DNA of 24,000 bases. Source: Dehalococcoidia bacterium. Lineage in GTDB: Bacteria; Chloroflexota; Dehalococcoidia; Lucifugimonadales; CAZENU01. The notes beneath the pieces were generated by a model that was not told the origin of the DNA, did not search any database, and saw only the letters and a list, made by a program, of their open reading frames with translations. The position numbers were made by a program, and so were the translations under genes. Positions 23,149 to 24,000 of the stretch are shown here, in pieces; the first letter of the stretch is position 1, and each line of letters begins with the position of its first letter. Where the stretch lies: assembly GCA_965117035.1 (NCBI GenBank), contig OZ220748.1, forward strand, positions 390,339 to 414,338, written 5' to 3'.

Positions 23149-23240
23149 GCCGATAGGTTGTGGGATGGCGCACCTCGTGGACGTCCCGTGCCGGGTCGCC
23201 CGTCCTGTCCATGCCGCCAGGACTTCGGTTGGCCCGACGG

Positions 23241-24000
23241 CTAACGCGGAGGCCGCCGCGCAGCCTCCAGCGCGGCAACCGTCTCGAGCGGAGGCCCCAC
23301 GGCGCCGGGCTCCGGCTCCCCGGGGTTTCCCGACGCGTGATAGTCGCTGCCGCCGCAGGGTATCAGCGCCAGCTCCTCCGCGAGCGCCGCCAGCGACTCG
23401 ACCTGCTCCCGGGTATAGCTCTTGTAGTGGACTTCCATTCCGGCGAGCCCGGCCTCCTTGAGCCCCGCGACCACGTCCCTCAGGGCTCGCCGGTCGTCTT
23501 CAGTATCCTCCTGAAGGACATAGCTCGGATGGGCGAGTACGGGAACGGCGCCGTTGCCGCGCAGCAGTTCGATCGCTTCCGCGGGGGAGAGGCTGGGGCG
23601 TCCGACGTAGGCCGGGCCATCGCGCCCCAGGTACAGGTCGAATGCCTCCGCGGGGTACGCGGCATGGCCAAGCTCGACCAGGGCCTGTGCGATATGCGGC
23701 CTGCCGACGGCGGCGCCCGCGGATATCTCCTGGACGCGGCCCCACTCGACGTCCAGGCCGAGCGCCCGGAGCCTGTTCACCATCTCCCGGGCGCGCTCGT
23801 CGCGTCCGGACCGCAGCCACCTGAGCTTCTCCTGGAGAGCCGCCTCCGCCGGGTCCACGAAGTAGCCGAGCATGTGGATCTCAAGCCCTGGCGCGTCGGT
23901 GCTGAGCTCGATACCGGGGACTATCCTGAGGCCGGGCGCCCCCTCCGCGGCGTCGCGGGCCTCAGAGATGCCCTCGGTGGAATCGTGGTCGGTGATGGCG
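23241..24000 (-). CDS. PHP-domain metal-dependent phosphoesterase (TrpH/YciV-like), 5'-partial at the window edge
   Basis: The frame stays open to the window end. Hand translation of 23874-23999 gives AITDHDSTEGISEARDAAEG...GIELS. Later HMLGYF, VLAHP and GGSDYH metal-ligand motifs are present. The N-terminal DLHxHS motif must lie beyond 24000. Confidence 0.85.
   Translation of the reverse strand, partial: AITDHDSTEGISEARDAAEGAPGLRIVPGIELSTDAPGLEIHMLGYFVDPAEAALQEKLRWLRSGRDERAREMVNRLRALGLDVEWGRVQEISAGAAVGRPHIAQALVELGHAAYPAEAFDLYLGRDGPAYVGRPSLSPAEAIELLRGNGAVPVLAHPSYVLQEDTEDDRRALRDVVAGLKEAGLAGMEVHYKSYTREQVESLAALAEELALIPCGGSDYHASGNPGEPEPGAVGPPLETVAALEAARRPPR

Overview
This is a high-G+C (hand counts on most lines about 65-78%), gene-dense bacterial chromosomal window. 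I cannot assign taxonomy from sequence alone; the strong GGAGG ribosome-binding sites and the repeat families would fit a high-GC Chloroflexota- or Actinomycetota-like genome. I support 22 protein-coding genes (one running off the 3' window edge) plus one amidase pseudogene remnant. They are sppA, a heterodimeric ABC exporter pair, a compositionally foreign orphan gene, a HAD hydrolase, a PutP-like Na+/solute symporter, an MFS transporter, a four-helix-bundle (23S rRNA IVS / Avd-like) protein, and a small membrane-anchored orphan. Then come a sugar-acid style cluster (PhyH-family dioxygenase, DgoD-like enolase-superfamily dehydratase, beta-propeller hydrolase-like protein, ROK-like kinase), a TauE/SafE permease, D-aminoacylase, aspS, dgkA, an Lrp/AsnC regulator, a zinc-ribbon membrane protein, plsY and a PHP phosphoesterase. 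I saw no rRNA, tRNA, CRISPR array, transposase or integrase. The unusual content is mostly small-repeat biology. (1) The four-helix-bundle gene is bracketed by inverted arrays of the heptamer AGTGGAT, an architecture resembling ORF-bearing 23S rRNA intervening sequences but sitting between ordinary genes. A 30-nt identical solo end lies 3.6 kb away, abutting another gene start. (2) A roughly 100-nt MITE/REP-like element (core CCCTGGGTTCCCGCCTGCGCGGGAATGACGG) sits in frame inside the HAD hydrolase and recurs in a repeat-filled 0.5-kb gap. (3) There is a tandem 95-bp-period REP-like duplication. The 433-aa orphan at 5104-6405 is a clear low-GC island and the best candidate for an uncharacterised acquired function (possibly HEPN-like, unverified). 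plsY appears to lack any ATG/GTG/TTG start upstream of its conserved N-terminal motifs. All functional calls rest on motifs I recognise by eye in the supplied translations; no database search was run.
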